64,000 nt of DNA from an uncultured virus (IMG/VR IMGVR_UViG_3300044701_002726) (Duplodnaviria > Heunggongvirae > Uroviricota > Caudoviricetes). A program made the translations under genes and the position numbers. Under the pieces are notes generated by a model. The model had not been told where the DNA came from, searched no databases, and saw only the letters and a list, made by a program, of their open reading frames with translations. Positions 48,418-58,696 of the stretch are shown here, piece after piece. Numbering within the stretch: the stretch's first letter is position 1; each line of letters begins with the position of its first letter. The DNA lies in IMG/VR virus record IMGVR_UViG_3300044701_002726; one strand, written 5' to 3'.

Positions 48418-51400
48418 TTAACCTCCAGGTAATGCGATTGCACGAAGTTCTTTAATTCTTGGCACATTTACAGAATCATTACTTGCCATAACAATCTTAA
48501 TTGCAAAAGTTTTAAATGTATTGTATGTAATGTTGTTTGAAGTGTATGTTATTGAATTACTTGCAACACCATTTGTACCTGGAGCATAAATCATTTCTCT
48601 AAAATCATTCTTATTAGTTGATACAAAGTTTGTACTTGTAATTGGTGTTAATAATTGCCATTCTACATCTTCAAAAATATTTGGGTCAGAAGCAGATAAC
48701 ATTTTGGCATAAACATATACTTCAGACTGTGCCGGTTTATACACATTGAGATAAACACGCAAGTCACTGGAATCAAATCCATCGTTTAGTGTGACTCTTC
48801 TAGTTATGTATCTTGCTTTTGCTGGCCCACCTCGTTTACTTGTTTCACCTAAAATTATTGCTTGAGCACCAGAACCACTGGCCAAAGATATGTTTATCGT
48901 TGGTGTTGTAGTGTAACCAGAACCAGCATCAACAATATTAATTGCATCTATTGAACCATTAACAACATTTGCTTCAGCGGTTGCACCACTACCATTTCCA
49001 CCACTAATTGTTATAGTAACATCTTCAGGACCAACTATGCCAGTACCACCATTTAATATGACGATGTTATTATTTGACAGCCCTAAATCATTAATTTGAT
49101 TGTGTACTGCCAAGAAACCCATTCTAGAAATATCAATGAACGGAGAAATGTCTGGGTTTGATGATTGTAATTGAGCACTTAATATAAATGATGCATCACC
49201 TTTTTCTACAGATAATTGTCTAGTTCCACCACCATCATTCATATCATAATCACTGAATGGATTGATTGCTTTGTATCCAACATAATCACCAGTTAATGTT
49301 TCGGAGTTAAACTCATACTTTAATGCTGTATTACCCATTGTGACATCTGCGGTAATCAAATGCGTGAGATCGTAAGGAACGGCTGATGTTTCTGGAAAAT
49401 CTACTAAGAATTGTGCGTTTACTGGACTTGTAGAGAAAGTATATCTAAACAGTCTAAACATCATATCAGAGTTTTGATCTGCTGTCCATGTTGAACCATT
49501 CTGAGATAAGAATAGTGAACCACCATATGGTTGTTCAGATATTAAACGATTTGTTGTTAAATCTGTTTTACCAATCTCAGCACTATAAATTTCATACTTG
49601 TTAGAATTTGCCAAAAGAACAAAGCAGTGTTCACCAGGTTGCATGTATAGTGGTGAATTGAAAATAAAATCTGTGTATTTTGTTGGATCATCTAAACTTG
49701 GTGTGTCAGTAACTTTAACTTTATCTGGAGTCAATGTTACTGTTCCAAATGGATATATAACAGAGCTTGATGGATATCCATTTACAGCAGGTCTTATTTG
49801 TAATGTTACTGGGATACTATCATCTTTCGATTTAAAGCAAACACGAATTTTATTTAAGAAAATTCCCTGTGGAAATTGAACTGGGCTCACTAAGAAAGTT
49901 TGTGCTAATGGGTCAGTCCATACAACTGCACGACTAGTAGTTGTTGTTACTGGCACAACTCTATCATCTTGTACATTAGTTCTTTGAATCTGTGGAACTC
50001 TAGTAGAAACAATCGTTTCTTCTACAGTATTTAATTGACCTTGAGCAAAAAATGATGCATCTCCACTTGTAGAAGATGATGACAAATCACCACTTGGACT
50101 ATCCATTAATCTGAACAGTTTCTCACCAGTTCTAAATTTACCTTCTGGAATTGTAAATATTCCGGCAACAGAACCATAAGCGTCAACTTTCATATCACCA
50201 ATAGAATAAATTGATGGATTATTAGGATCAGAGTTATATGGTAAAGTTGTCCAATTTGAATTTACTGTTGCAACTCTAGTGGTTGAGTTATAATTTGTTA
50301 TTGTTCGTACTTGTCCTACTCCAGTTCCTTGTACAATTCGTATTTCTTTACCAACAAATGTACTAGAATTAATAGCTCCAGCAGCATCTTGTCTAAGTGT
50401 AATAGAATTAGATGTAGCACCTTGAGATGCAGCTCCGTTATGTTCGTAACCAGTAACTTGATAAATTTTACCAGTGCTTTGACCTTCAATTGTAAATGAT
50501 GTGCTAGAGTTGGCAAATGATTGTGTTGGGACAACATTAGTTACATAAATTATATTATTAGATGCATGTACAACAAAAGCAGTACCAACTACTGTAGAGC
50601 CATCTTTAATTGTTATTGTTTCTGGGTCATCTAAGTTTACTCTCAATTCAACATTATTGGTATTCAAGAAAAATTTATTAGTACGATTACCAACATTTTC
50701 TCTAACTGAAATATTATCAAAGAATGGATAAACTGTAGAATTTGGTTTAAAATCTGTTCCAATGAAAAGAATATTTTTACTTCTCATGTAAGGTATGATC
50801 GTAGAATCTACAATTCTATTACCTAAAGATTGAGTTATTGTCTCTGGAATAATTTGATTTGCTGTACCAAATCTGCGTTGGCTCTGATCTACTGTTTGAG
50901 TAGTATGACGAACAATATCGTTTGCTCCACCAACACCAGCATTTAGATTTTGCCAATCTGCTGATCTATTATTTTGTACATCAAAACTACCATTTCTTGC
51001 TTCACCAGTACCAATAACTTGCCAACTACCCCAATCTGCTTCTGAAGCAAGAAGTTCGTTTGCAGATGCAGCAAGTAATTCCCAAGCATCTCTGTCACCA
51101 GTCAAATTGACTAATACATCTGCTTTTTGATTTATATCATACCAAATGTCACTAGAAGGATTTAAAGTAATTTTACCTAAGAAATTAGTAATGTTGAATG
51201 GATTGACATTAATGAATCTAGAAGCTTTAGGTTGGTCTATTAATATTACACTTGAAGCTTGAGATGTAACTAAAGCACCATTTTGTAAATAACCAGTAGA
51301 ATTAGCAGTATCAAATTTTAAAGAGTAATTATAAATTTTGAAAGATGGTCTTAATTCTTTATTTCTACCATCAATAGATGCTTTATAATCTATATCTGTA

Positions 51401-54400
51401 ACATCAGCAACAGAAGAGCCAGTAAATGGGTCAACTAATATACCATTTTTAAATCTAGGAATATTTTCAGAATCAATAATTGTTAAGTCTTGTTTTGTTA
51501 CAGTTTCTTGTTCTAATAATGACAATGAAGTATAATACTCTAAATTCTCTATTCGTTTTTCTAGAGAACCAATATCACGCATAGTATATCGTTTATTATT
51601 TACATATTGAACTTGTACTTGTGATGGATTAGAAACATAAGGTTGATATCTTAAAATGTATAAAGTCATTGATGTATCAGTATCATTTGGTACAGCTGGA
51701 GAAAGAGATGATACACCTTGTATTACTTCAAATTTTTTGTTTTTATCTAAAACAACTCTGTCTATTCTTGGTAAAAAGTATGAATAGTCTACTATGAAAT
51801 CATCGTTTGTGAATGGAATTTTTGGACCAGTAGAACTTGGTTCAACATCAAAAAACACATTATTACCAGAACCAGTAATTGCATCAAAACGAACAGGTCT
51901 AAAGTCTAAACAGTCTCTTAATAGAAATGCATTATTTGTTCTTGGAGATACATAAGAAGGTATTCTACCATAATCAATTTCATTATAAGAGTCTACAGTA
52001 AAGAAACCAGAACCAGAAGATTTAAATCTATTATAGAAAACAACTATTGGCCCAACTGGTGGTCTTGCTGAAGGCTTTAAACGAATAGAAGCATGATCAT
52101 AATAAGAATCTCTTTGACCATTGTCTAATGTATATTTTGTAGTTACATCAACTGACGATGCCAAATTAGCTTGACTAATAGATTGCCCAAGAAAATCTCT
52201 AATCTCTACAATTTCTAAAACATCTGATACAAACAAAGATTGTGATTCATTTGGATTTTTATTTAAATAATCTTGTTGGATGTGTGTTTGACCTAAATCT
52301 GTAAATACTTGAACTATAGTATTTGAAGAACCAAATACATTTACAGGACTTACAGTTCCAATTGTATTTACATTTGTCTCAACATACTCTTTTGCTTTTC
52401 GTGTTGGATTAGATACATTTATTGTTACTGTGATATCAGCTTCCATATTAAAAGCACCTTCAACAGTAATTCTTCTTGTTGTTGGATCTACTGTAAATTT
52501 ATCTGATGGAATAACTTGACCAACAGCATACGTTGAATCATTAGGTTGTTTTACCGTTATGTAATAATTTTCTGATCTTCTATTTGATGTTGTTGCAGAA
52601 GGTATACTTTCTCCTGCGCCTAATGATAAAGCAGAAGAAGTGTTGGCAGAAAAACTTTGATTCAAATACATTCTCTTATATGAATACGACATGTCAGAGA
52701 AAGTACTTGGTGTTATATAACTTTGACCTAATGGATAAATTAATGGTTCATTTTCAGCTTCAGAAATAAAAACATTTTCAGAAAAATCTTTTGAAAAATT
52801 ACTAATATTAGCACCATGTTCTAATGTAGTACTAGAAAATGAAGCAAAAGATTCAATATCTTTAATTTCAAATTCAATATTCCAAACAGAAGATGATGTT
52901 GGTGTATTAATAAAAGGTTGATTTAAAGTTACTACTTTAGTTGCACCATTATAACCAACAATAGTTTTTACTGGTTCACCACTTCCTGGACCAGTAACAA
53001 TTCTAAATTTAGCTCCAACATAAGCATCACTAAAATCTGAATAATTTGAACCACTGGCTCCCAATCCAAGTTCGGTACTAGTACTAACATTATCAAGATT
53101 CACATTTCCAGAAATACGATTGTTAATTTTTACATCAAAAACAAAAGTTCTATATGTATATGTTGAAGAATCTGAGATATCAGTAGAAGAATCAAACTCT
53201 ACAGATTTAACTCTTACAGTTCCAATTTTAGTGTTTGCTATGGTTGCAGTACTTGATGTTTTAATATTTGCTAAAGGAACACAATGCACATCTACAGTAT
53301 CTAAATTATAAATTGGAAATGAACCATAGTGTTCTGTTGTGTAAATAAAATTACCATATTCAGCAGAAATTCTTCTATTTTGTGTGTTACTTGTGATTCT
53401 TGGCTTGTCAACTGTTAAAGTAGTTGGAGAATTTGTTTCAAATTCATAGCCATAAACATATGCTTTACCTGGAGACAATGTAATATCTAATTGTGCAGAA
53501 TTTGCTTCATTATTGTCTAAAGATATTTGAAACTGTTTTACTGTATAGTTACCAGACTCATCGAATGTTCTTCTGGCTAATGATTCTTCTAATACAGAAT
53601 AAATTGGATATTTGTATTCTTTTGTAATGTCGGATTCTTCAATACGAACTAATTCAATAAACAACTCATCGTCTTCAGAATCAATTGATCTGGTGTTTAG
53701 TATTAAATCTACTTTTACTCTATCTGCACCTGGTGCTTGATAATTAGAAGAACCTAAAGCAGGGTCTAATAATGATGTATCAGAGCTTGAAGAAACAACA
53801 CTCTCTACAACATCAAATCCTACACGAAGAGAAACATTAGCAGAAGTATACTTTGATAACGCTATAGTTTGTGGTAGTGTTTTAACAAACAAACCTTCAT
53901 AATAAAAAACACCTTCATTAACAGAAAATATTTTAGCTTGGTTTATACCACCAGTAGCAAATATTTGTGCGAAGTATGGACTAGCATCCGTTGTTTTTAC
54001 AACTTCTTCATTAGTAAACGGCTCACCGTAGATTTGTTTTATAATAAGAGTTTTTGGATCACCAGTACCTTGATCTGCCTCATATACCCTAATAACTTCT
54101 GCTCTTTTTGTAGCATCTAAAGAAGTAATAGTTTTGCCAACAAAATTGTCAACAATAACTGTGACACCAGAATACTCAGAATTAATTTTTAATGATGTTG
54201 CATCTTGGAAAAATGTTTGACCGCCAGTAACAAGTGAACCATTTTTGAAAACATGATTACCAAATCTTTCAACTTGTTTTTGTAATATGGATTGTATTTG
54301 AGTTAATTCTCTTGCCTGAACAGCAAAAGATGGTTTAAACAACATACGATAGAAGTTTTTATCTTCATTGTAATCGTCAAAATATGGATTTATATTATAT

Positions 54401-54411
54401 TTGTCTAACAT
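48418..54411 (-). CDS. large baseplate/virion structural protein (DUF4815-type)
   Basis: PYFDDY..KNFYRMLFKP..VQARELTQ.Q, RYTMRDIG.LEKRIENLEYYTSLSLLE, DPLAQTF. Confidence 0.85.
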   Translation of the reverse strand: MLDKYNINPYFDDYNEDKNFYRMLFKPSFAVQARELTQIQSILQKQVERFGNHVFKNGSLVTGGQTFFQDATSLKINSEYSGVTVIVDNFVGKTITSLDATKRAEVIRVYEADQGTGDPKTLIIKQIYGEPFTNEEVVKTTDASPYFAQIFATGGINQAKIFSVNEGVFYYEGLFVKTLPQTIALSKYTSANVSLRVGFDVVESVVSSSSDTSLLDPALGSSNYQAPGADRVKVDLILNTRSIDSEDDELFIELVRIEESDITKEYKYPIYSVLEESLARRTFDESGNYTVKQFQISLDNNEANSAQLDITLSPGKAYVYGYEFETNSPTTLTVDKPRITSNTQNRRISAEYGNFIYTTEHYGSFPIYNLDTVDVHCVPLANIKTSSTATIANTKIGTVRVKSVEFDSSTDISDSSTYTYRTFVFDVKINNRISGNVNLDNVSTSTELGLGASGSNYSDFSDAYVGAKFRIVTGPGSGEPVKTIVGYNGATKVVTLNQPFINTPTSSSVWNIEFEIKDIESFASFSSTTLEHGANISNFSKDFSENVFISEAENEPLIYPLGQSYITPSTFSDMSYSYKRMYLNQSFSANTSSALSLGAGESIPSATTSNRRSENYYITVKQPNDSTYAVGQVIPSDKFTVDPTTRRITVEGAFNMEADITVTINVSNPTRKAKEYVETNVNTIGTVSPVNVFGSSNTIVQVFTDLGQTHIQQDYLNKNPNESQSLFVSDVLEIVEIRDFLGQSISQANLASSVDVTTKYTLDNGQRDSYYDHASIRLKPSARPPVGPIVVFYNRFKSSGSGFFTVDSYNEIDYGRIPSYVSPRTNNAFLLRDCLDFRPVRFDAITGSGNNVFFDVEPSSTGPKIPFTNDDFIVDYSYFLPRIDRVVLDKNKKFEVIQGVSSLSPAVPNDTDTSMTLYILRYQPYVSNPSQVQVQYVNNKRYTMRDIGSLEKRIENLEYYTSLSLLEQETVTKQDLTIIDSENIPRFKNGILVDPFTGSSVADVTDIDYKASIDGRNKELRPSFKIYNYSLKFDTANSTGYLQNGALVTSQASSVILIDQPKASRFINVNPFNITNFLGKITLNPSSDIWYDINQKADVLVNLTGDRDAWELLAASANELLASEADWGSWQVIGTGEARNGSFDVQNNRSADWQNLNAGVGGANDIVRHTTQTVDQSQRRFGTANQIIPETITQSLGNRIVDSTIIPYMRSKNILFIGTDFKPNSTVYPFFDNISVRENVGNRTNKFFLNTNNVELRVNLDDPETITIKDGSTVVGTAFVVHASNNIIYVTNVVPTQSFANSSTSFTIEGQSTGKIYQVTGYEHNGAASQGATSNSITLRQDAAGAINSSTFVGKEIRIVQGTGVGQVRTITNYNSTTRVATVNSNWTTLPYNSDPNNPSIYSIGDMKVDAYGSVAGIFTIPEGKFRTGEKLFRLMDSPSGDLSSSSTSGDASFFAQGQLNTVEETIVSTRVPQIQRTNVQDDRVVPVTTTTSRAVVWTDPLAQTFLVSPVQFPQGIFLNKIRVCFKSKDDSIPVTLQIRPAVNGYPSSSVIYPFGTVTLTPDKVKVTDTPSLDDPTKYTDFIFNSPLYMQPGEHCFVLLANSNKYEIYSAEIGKTDLTTNRLISEQPYGGSLFLSQNGSTWTADQNSDMMFRLFRYTFSTSPVNAQFLVDFPETSAVPYDLTHLITADVTMGNTALKYEFNSETLTGDYVGYKAINPFSDYDMNDGGGTRQLSVEKGDASFILSAQLQSSNPDISPFIDISRMGFLAVHNQINDLGLSNNNIVILNGGTGIVGPEDVTITISGGNGSGATAEANVVNGSIDAINIVDAGSGYTTTPTINISLASGSGAQAIILGETSKRGGPAKARYITRRVTLNDGFDSSDLRVYLNVYKPAQSEVYVYAKMLSASDPNIFEDVEWQLLTPITSTNFVSTNKNDFREMIYAPGTNGVASNSITYTSNNITYNTFKTFAIKIVMASNDSVNVPRIKELRAIALPGG

Positions 54412-54420
54412 TTATTAACC

Positions 54421-56028
54421 TTAAAATTGAAATACTAATTTGACTTCTTCTGCTTGTGCCTGCGATCTCTGAATCTTATTAAAATTTCTAGCATATAAAA
54501 TATGGCCAGAAAAAGGTTGTAAATCAGGATTTATAACTTCTAAAATTCTATATTGTCTACCAGAATCTAAGCCTCTCAACAATGCATTTTTGTCTGGAGT
54601 TTTATATACATTATTTAATCTAACTACATTTATTTCTTGAGAAACAACATAACCAACAAATGTTGGATCATTTATATTTCCTTGATACACCATCTCACCA
54701 ACTACAAAATTAGAGGTTCCTAACAATTCTAAATTTAAAGTCAAACTTACTGAATTTGGAGCTGTCAATTCTGTAACTCTGTCTATCTCACCATATTTAT
54801 GGGGATTTATAAGAATACCATATTGTCTAAAAAATATATCGTCTGGTATTTTACCATTTTCTGTAGAATCTATTTCTCCAACTCTACTTATGATCATAAT
54901 ATTTGTTGCACCAAGTTCCATAGCAGGGTTGTGACCATGGCCATATTTTGGTGGTAAAACTGCTCTTGCTTCAGCACCAGTACCAGAACCATAAATCGTA
55001 ACATTAGCTCTAGTGTAGTTTATTCCAGCATTTATAACATCTATTTTATTAATTTGATTTTGATTATTCAAACGAACAGAAGTAATTGTCTGAGTTCCAT
55101 CACCCTCAACAACAACTCTTGTTGATAAAGTAATTATATTACCCAATACACTTCCACCACCTGAACCTATTGTTGGTCTTGAAAGAAATAATTTTTTAGG
55201 TTGAGCAGAACTAATACTAGTTATATGTGTATCATTTGCAAAAATTCCATTGCCAGAAACCGCCATATTAACTGCTATAAAAAGACTAGTAGAAATATCT
55301 ATCTCGTCTGTGATATCTAACTCTTTAACTCCAGCAACAAATGGTGCAACATTTACTGTTGGATGATAATAATCTGACCCACCGTTTTCTACAACTATTT
55401 TGTTTAAAGTTCCATCTAATAAATTTTGAGTATTGTAATTATAATCTGTATAGTTTGTACTTGGTTGAATGTATGGAACTGGCATCCAATCTGGAGTCAA
55501 AAATTTATTTGAAAATTTTATGTTATACATGTACTTCCAAAGATAACCATTTTCATCACTAAATTCTGTCTGTATGAAACCAGAATTTTCTACATAGTTG
55601 CCAGTAGGTTCTACTTGAGATAAAGTAGAAACATTATTACAAAGACACTTGTAGACATTACCTTCAGATGTCATAGCATACATTGGATAAACAGTTTCAC
55701 CATCAATGATAGAGATACTTGTTAAATCTTCCAATGGGAGAGTGTCATCATATTGCTTATATCTAGTATTTGGTTGCCAAAGAACTCTTGGTATTACAAA
55801 TTCAATATCTTTTGGAGATACTCTTTTGGCCCCAACCATATTTTGCCAATTGTTTCTTTCATCTGGTGGTAAATCTACCATATCAACAGGTGTATCATTG
55901 TCTGGAAATTCTGTAGTCTTTCCAATGTACATATAACCGATAGATTTTAAAGCAGACTCTTTGAAAGAGTCCCTAAATGCTTTAGCAGTTAATACTTTTG
56001 TTTTATATGAAGTGTAACTTGTTGTCAT
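54421..56028 (-). CDS. gp8: baseplate wedge subunit
   Basis: VYKCLCNN, GYLWKYMY, WMPV, GHGHNP..ELGA, FRQYGIL.NP. Confidence 0.9.
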   Translation of the reverse strand: MTTSYTSYKTKVLTAKAFRDSFKESALKSIGYMYIGKTTEFPDNDTPVDMVDLPPDERNNWQNMVGAKRVSPKDIEFVIPRVLWQPNTRYKQYDDTLPLEDLTSISIIDGETVYPMYAMTSEGNVYKCLCNNVSTLSQVEPTGNYVENSGFIQTEFSDENGYLWKYMYNIKFSNKFLTPDWMPVPYIQPSTNYTDYNYNTQNLLDGTLNKIVVENGGSDYYHPTVNVAPFVAGVKELDITDEIDISTSLFIAVNMAVSGNGIFANDTHITSISSAQPKKLFLSRPTIGSGGGSVLGNIITLSTRVVVEGDGTQTITSVRLNNQNQINKIDVINAGINYTRANVTIYGSGTGAEARAVLPPKYGHGHNPAMELGATNIMIISRVGEIDSTENGKIPDDIFFRQYGILINPHKYGEIDRVTELTAPNSVSLTLNLELLGTSNFVVGEMVYQGNINDPTFVGYVVSQEINVVRLNNVYKTPDKNALLRGLDSGRQYRILEVINPDLQPFSGHILYARNFNKIQRSQAQAEEVKLVFQF

Positions 56029-58220
56029 TTTTTAATTTCTTTTTTCAGTTCTTTTATTGCCTGAACTAAGATTGGGATTAATTGTACATAAGATACTGAT
56101 TTTAAATCTCCAGATGTTTTAACAATCTCAGGTAAAACTTCTTCTATTTGTTGTGCTATAAAACCAAAAGATTTCTCGTCATTGGTTTTCCAATTAAAAC
56201 TAAATGGATTTATTTTATCTAAGACATCTAAAGCATTATCTATGTTATTGAAATTATATTTTAAACTCACATCAGATAAACTATTAAAATTTAAAGCATG
56301 AAACTCAGTGGCATGTAAATTACCATCATAATTTAGACGAGTTGAATTTGATGGAGCTGCTGTTCCATTGTATAAAGCACCATTTTGTTTTGTTGAACCA
56401 TTATATCTAAATGCACCAGATAATGTATCACTAGCAGTTCTTAGATCAACTGATGTGCCAGACCATCCTGATATGCCAGAATAACCGGATGGACCAGAAT
56501 ATCCAGAGAAACTTGAGTACCCAGAATATCCAGAATAACCAGAATCGCCTTGTATACCCGAACCAGAAAAACCAGACCATCCTGATCTACCAGAATAACC
56601 AGAAGTTCCAGAATAACCTGAAGGACCTGGTAAATTACCAGAGTAACCAGAAGTGCCGGAATATCCAGAATAACCAGAAAGACCTGATTGGCCAGACCAT
56701 CCTGATCTACCAGAATAACCAGAATAACCAGATATGCCAGAATAACCAGACCATCCAGAGTATCCTGATGGCCCAGGAGAAACAGCAGAGTAACCAGAAT
56801 ATCCTGAAGTGCCTGAATAACCAGATGTTCCTATTGTCGCAAAAGAAAAGCCATAAATTGTTCCAGACCAATCAGTACCTAAAGTTGGAGATTTTGCGAG
56901 CATATTAACTGTCAGCTCAAAATAACCTCCTTGATTGGTCATATTTGTTACTTCATATAATACATAATTTGAGTAAATTGCACTATATCTTTCATTAGAC
57001 TCTGTTGTTTCGTATACTATTATATTTGTTGTTTTACCAACATAATATTGTAATAAATTGTTATAGTCAAAAAGTGAAGAGTAATCTAAATTATCTAATT
57101 TAATGGTTGTTGTACCAACAAATCCTAAATTGTTTGTCGAAAAATCTGCACCGTCAATTGGTGTTCCACCATTAGTATCAAGTAAACTTGAGAGTATATA
57201 CATTCCACTTGGTACACCATTGATTGCAGAATAACCAGAATAACCCGATCTGCCTGAATACCCTGAAAGGCCAGAGTATCCAGATGCTCCAGGATTTTGT
57301 CCAGAATAACCAGAAATACCTGAGTAACCAGAATATCCTGAAGGGCCAGACCAACCAGAAACTCCAGAGAAACCAGATTTACCAGAATGGCCAGAATAAC
57401 CAGAAAGGCCAGAATAACCTGAGTAACCAGAAAGACCTGAATAACCAGATGTGCCAGGTAAATCTCCAGAATAACCAGAAATACCTGAGTAACCAGAATA
57501 ACCAGAATCTCCAGAATAGCCAGAGAAACCAGAATAACCCGAGATGCCAGAATAACCTGAGTAACCTGATACTCCAGAAACTCCAGCAAAGTCACCAAGT
57601 TCTATCCAATTTGATCCATCCCAAAAATATAATAGATTAGTATCTAGTACATAATATACATCACCAGTATTTGGTGTTTCTAATGCCAAATCTGTATAAA
57701 GATCAACTACACCAGCAAGTTCTAGTCCTGGTCCTGGATAACCAGAGTATCCTGAATAACCGGATATACCAGAACCAGAGTAACCAGAATAACCTGATTG
57801 ACCAGAGTAACCAGAATACCCAGAAAGTCCTGAGTATCCAGATTCTCCAGAAAACCCAGACTCACCAGAAAATCCAGAAAAACCAGAAGTACCAGATTCA
57901 CCAGACCATCCAGAAATTCCAGACCATCCAGAATAACCAGAAATGCCAGAAAAACCTGAATAACCTGATACACCTGAACCAGAGTAACCTGAATAACCAG
58001 ATATACCTGAATAACCAGAGTAACCTGATGGACCAGAGAATCCTGAGTAACCAGATAGTCCCCTAATTAATAACCATGCAGTACCATCTGAATACCACAA
58101 TTCTCCATCACTACCATAAACTAGTGAACCAATATATGGTTCTGGGTCTAGTTGTATAGGAACAGGAACTACTATTCCTTGGCCAAGTGTTTGCTCTTTT
58201 CCAGATATAAGCTTATTCAT
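56025..58220 (-). CDS. Gly-X-Ser collagen-like fibre with C-terminal peptidase S74 intramolecular chaperone
   Basis: Three SGYSG tracts; LSDVSLK..GFIAQQIEEVLPE..VSY..LIPILVQAIKEL. Confidence 0.85.
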   Translation of the reverse strand: MNKLISGKEQTLGQGIVVPVPIQLDPEPYIGSLVYGSDGELWYSDGTAWLLIRGLSGYSGFSGPSGYSGYSGISGYSGYSGSGVSGYSGFSGISGYSGWSGISGWSGESGTSGFSGFSGESGFSGESGYSGLSGYSGYSGQSGYSGYSGSGISGYSGYSGYPGPGLELAGVVDLYTDLALETPNTGDVYYVLDTNLLYFWDGSNWIELGDFAGVSGVSGYSGYSGISGYSGFSGYSGDSGYSGYSGISGYSGDLPGTSGYSGLSGYSGYSGLSGYSGHSGKSGFSGVSGWSGPSGYSGYSGISGYSGQNPGASGYSGLSGYSGRSGYSGYSAINGVPSGMYILSSLLDTNGGTPIDGADFSTNNLGFVGTTTIKLDNLDYSSLFDYNNLLQYYVGKTTNIIVYETTESNERYSAIYSNYVLYEVTNMTNQGGYFELTVNMLAKSPTLGTDWSGTIYGFSFATIGTSGYSGTSGYSGYSAVSPGPSGYSGWSGYSGISGYSGYSGRSGWSGQSGLSGYSGYSGTSGYSGNLPGPSGYSGTSGYSGRSGWSGFSGSGIQGDSGYSGYSGYSSFSGYSGPSGYSGISGWSGTSVDLRTASDTLSGAFRYNGSTKQNGALYNGTAAPSNSTRLNYDGNLHATEFHALNFNSLSDVSLKYNFNNIDNALDVLDKINPFSFNWKTNDEKSFGFIAQQIEEVLPEIVKTSGDLKSVSYVQLIPILVQAIKELKKEIKK
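56452..58062 (-). repeat. (Gly-X-Ser)n tracts
   Basis: Tracts at about 56452-56830, 57228-57590 and 57735-58062. Confidence 0.9.
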
Positions 58221-58223
58221 TAG

Positions 58224-58694
58224 TTATGACTCCACTCCAATGTGTTCACTGGATAATTTCTCTTCAGCAGAAACCCAAACATCTATTGAATTTGATTCTT
58301 GTGCTTTAATTAAGATCATGTCTCCATTTGCAGAATCAGGATCTCTTTTAAGTAAACTTCTTCCTTGTAATGGAACTAAAGTTGTTTCACCTTTAGGAAT
58401 ATTCACTAAAGTAATTTCTATATTAGCACCCTCTTCGGATTGAAACATAACTTCTATACTGACTGTATTTGAAGCATTTTTATTTTTAGCATACATTGGT
58501 GTCAGTAAGAAAACTTCACCAGGTCTTATTGCTCTAGAATCATCTAACGGATCTCTGTTTGTTAAAGAATTAGATGGATCAGGAACAGAAAAATCTGGAG
58601 CTTCAATTAAAGTAGTAAATGTAGTTGGAACATTCTCATATATTGCATTTATTGGTTTACCTGTTGAAGGTGTACGGCATGTTATTCTAGGCAT
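58224..58694 (-). CDS. small virion adaptor protein (paralog A3)
   Basis: TT..TLIEAP..KN..IPKGETTLV..GDMI.IKA...VSAEE. Confidence 0.55.
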   Translation of the reverse strand: MPRITCRTPSTGKPINAIYENVPTTFTTLIEAPDFSVPDPSNSLTNRDPLDDSRAIRPGEVFLLTPMYAKNKNASNTVSIEVMFQSEEGANIEITLVNIPKGETTLVPLQGRSLLKRDPDSANGDMILIKAQESNSIDVWVSAEEKLSSEHIGVES

Positions 58695-58696
58695 TA

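Noticed and set aside
35375..58062. Repeat tracts as a CRISPR array or DGR template/variable repeat pair
   Set aside because: No constant repeat with unique spacers, no adenine-specific mismatch pattern, no reverse transcriptase or cas gene; the repeats are in-frame coding
35428..58066. Long alternative-frame ORFs with NNLIY/QVILV repeats (e.g. 35428-35832, 40158-40712, 41766-42251, 56453-56908, 57125-57598)
   Set aside because: Shadow frames of the 9-nt GXS repeat; no RBS and no independent domains
35327..58220. SGYSG repeats as an ice-nucleation protein
   Set aside because: They lack the 8/16/48-residue AGYGSTxTA periodicity; the period here is 3
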